DNA from: an uncultured Spirochaetota bacterium
Lineage (GTDB): Bacteria > Spirochaetota > Spirochaetia > SZUA-6 > Fen-1364
DNA: 64,000 nucleotides
NCBI GenBank assembly: GCA_963734545.1
Contig: CAVTHO010000008.1
Span: 192,001 to 256,000 of the forward strand
Direction of reading: 5' to 3'
Below are positions 61,817 to 64,000 of this stretch, one piece after another. The notes beneath the pieces were generated by a model. That model was not told the origin of the DNA. It ran no database searches and worked only from the letters and a program-made list of their open reading frames with translations. The translations under genes and the position numbers were made by a program. The stretch's first letter is position 1, and each line of letters begins with the position of its first letter.

Positions 61817-62996
61817 CTATCGTGAAAGCGCGGTTTCCAGAATCCTCTGCACGTCATTCACGTCCAGCTTCCTGATGCTTCCGCGTTTTTCGCTCTTCTC
61901 CGCCATCTCGCGGAATCTCTCCGGGCCGATCTTCACCTCCGACAATCTCGTCGGGAGACCCAGGTCGTTGAAGAATCGTTCCATGCGGGCAATCCCTTCC
62001 ATGGCGGTGCGTGCCGGTTTGGCGAAGTCGTACTCGACATTCCAGACCCTGACGGCAAATTGAGCAAAACGGTCCACGGCAAAGCCGTGCACGTACCGGG
62101 CCCATGCCGGCAGCACGATGGCCAACCCGGCCCCGTGGGCTGATGTCATAGACGGCGCTCAGCTCGTGCTCGATGGCGTGTGACGACCAGTCACCCGCCC
62201 GGCCGGTGCCCAGCAGATCGTTGTGCGCCACGGAGCCGGCCCACATGATCTCCGCCCTGGCGTCGCAGTTGCGCGGCTCCTCCATCACGAGCCGCCCGTT
62301 TTCTATCACCGCCTTCAAGGTGGCTTCGCACAAGCGGTCCGTGAAGTCCACGTTCTTCACGGCGGTGAAATAACGTTCGATGACGTGCGACATGATGTCG
62401 ACGATCCCGCACGCAGTCTGGTAGGGCGGCAGATCAAGCGTCAGCTCGGGGTCCAGGATCGCAAGCACCGGCCGGATGACCTCGTTGTTCGCGTAGACGG
62501 CGTCGCGCTTCAGAGGATAGGGACCCTCGTCGTTGGTAATGACCGCGTACTGGCTCGTCTCGCTTCCCGCAGCGGGAATCGTGAGGATGACGCCGACCGG
62601 CAGAGCCGTGCGCGGCGTCACCTGTTTGCGGGAGAAATCCCAGACGTCACCCGCATAGGGCACGCCGACCGCTATCGCCTTTGCGGAATCGATGACGCTT
62701 CCGCCGCCCACGGCGAGGATGAAGTCCACCGAGTTTTCACGGCAGAGCGCGATTCCTTTCCGCACGAGGCTCAAACGAGGATTCGGCACGACGCCCGACA
62801 GCTCCACTACCGCGATCCCCTCTTTCTCCAGGGAGGCAACGACGGTCCTGTGGAGACCGGATTTCTTGATGCTGCCCTGGCCGTAGTGGAGAAGTACCCT
62901 CTTCCCGCCTGCGTTCCTGATCTCCTTGCCCGCTTCCTTTGCCTTGCCGCGGCCGAACACGACCGCCGTGTGGCCCCTGAACGCGAAGTCTTCCAT
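61817..62996 (-). CDS. Iron-containing alcohol dehydrogenase, butanol-dehydrogenase (Bdh)-like (frameshift near 62140)
   Basis: YGQGSIKKSG, VPNPR, AVGGGSVIDSAKAI, DIMSHVIERYF, GDWSSHAIEHELSA, HGAGLA. Confidence 0.9.
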
Positions 62997-63008
62997 GATC
63001 CATCTCTC

Positions 63009-63740
63009 CTATTTGAATGTCACCGAGAAGTCGAGGGGTTTGTCCAGAACGAGCAGCCTCAGCAGGGGGATGCGGAACACCACGGCCCCCCCGATGACGG
63101 CCCCGCCGGACTGGGACAGGATCTCACCCTCCGGATCGAGCGTCAGCGTGAGGTAGGATTTTTTCAGCAGGGCCGGCGCGTCGTCCCCTATGGAGAAACG
63201 AACCATTTCCAGGTACTCGTCGTCGCTGATCGTTTCGTTCGGCTGGGGTCCGAAGACGGCGAACGCCGGGTTGGCGAGGAGCGGGAACGTGCGCACGAGC
63301 TGCGGATAGTTGCTCCGGTCGAGGTGCAGGCGGATCATCTTCCTCCCGCCTGTTTCGCTGTACACGAGCGCGGCGGCGCTTTTCAAAGACTCCTCGCGCG
63401 CGAATACATCCTGGATGGAATCGAAGGCGAGCTCCAGGTCCATCGCGTCGTTGGAGGGGGTTGCCGCCTTCGTCACGGTGATTCCTGGCCGGGATTCGAA
63501 ATCCTTCCTGATGGACGCGGCATCGAAGAATTTGCCGCCGCTTCCCAGGACGGGTTTGTCCGAGACCTCCGAGAGCCGGGCAACGTATTCATGCAGCAGG
63601 GGAGCCACCTCCGCGTGCATGGCGAGGGTGCCGGAGCCATCGGACTTGATGACGATGGTCTGGTTCATTGCGCACGATACGGCAAATACTGTCATGAGAA
63701 TCGCCGCTCCGCACAGCTTTCCGGCGCTCCGGGTGATCAT
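63009..63740 (-). CDS. Hypothetical lipoprotein
   Basis: Hydrophobic leader with FAVSC lipobox-like motif; intact 243-aa ORF. Confidence 0.65.
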   Translation of the reverse strand: MITRSAGKLCGAAILMTVFAVSCAMNQTIVIKSDGSGTLAMHAEVAPLLHEYVARLSEVSDKPVLGSGGKFFDAASIRKDFESRPGITVTKAATPSNDAMDLELAFDSIQDVFAREESLKSAAALVYSETGGRKMIRLHLDRSNYPQLVRTFPLLANPAFAVFGPQPNETISDDEYLEMVRFSIGDDAPALLKKSYLTLTLDPEGEILSQSGGAVIGGAVVFRIPLLRLLVLDKPLDFSVTFK

Positions 63741-63862
63741 TCGGCCACGTTAGAGTGTCCGGCGGGCAGCGTCAAGGCTCCGTGACATCCTGGCCCTCAC
63801 AAATGTCACGGAGTACCGTGACCGGCTTGTCCGCGCAACGGCAAACCATTAGTATCCGTGCG

Positions 63863-64000
63863 ATGCCCACCGTGCACGTCCAACCACTGGGGAAGTCCCT
63901 GATAGCGGCAAAAGGATCGCTGCTGCGCGACGTTCTGAACAAAGCGGGCATTCTGCTCGACTACCCCTGCGGCGGGAAGGGAAACTGTCGAAAATGCAGG
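63863..64000 (+). CDS. 2Fe-2S ferredoxin N-terminus, likely ASKHA/RACo-type protein (partial)
   Basis: MPTVHVQPLGKSLIAAKGSLLRDVLNKAGILLDYPCGGKGNCRKCR; truncated by window end. Confidence 0.65.
   Translation, partial: MPTVHVQPLGKSLIAAKGSLLRDVLNKAGILLDYPCGGKGNCRKCR

Noticed and set aside
1-64000. Mass pseudogenisation or programmed frameshifting
   Set aside because: Single-base shifts are scattered through many unrelated genes with otherwise intact motifs and no accumulation of in-frame stops; uncorrected long-read error is more likely. Read polishing would settle it.

Overview
GC-rich bacterial DNA, probably a free-living spirochaete (inferred from a spirochaete-style TPR fragment and a lipoprotein). 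Many genes carry single-base frameshifts, most likely uncorrected long-read errors, so several CDSs were reconstructed across frames. The window is almost entirely carbohydrate catabolism: five sugar ABC importers, two YesM-type sensor kinases, and SorC, IclR, XylR-like, DeoR, YesN and GntR-LacI regulators. Main modules: (1) ABC + GH31; (2) an acetoin-dehydrogenase-like E1a/E1b/E2 operon divergent from a binding protein, Fe-ADH, FGGY kinase and ABC, with a duplicated 75-bp promoter/operator and IS3-type inverted repeats bracketing 7.1 kb; (3) a GDP-mannose-3,5-epimerase-like / GHMP kinase / tandem nucleotidyltransferase operon feeding into an ABC importer, next to an Rpe-variant/Gfo/RmlD/GMC and ROK/GMC divergon; (4) a divergent locus with two glycyl-radical enzymes (YbiW-like and PflD-like), their activases, an ABC importer and an unusually large ROK-like kinase, the best candidate for an undescribed PTS-independent radical sugar-catabolism system; (5) AraR-like regulator + ABC + GH42. 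No rRNA, tRNA or CRISPR array was seen. All family calls rest on motif recognition from memory, not database searches.
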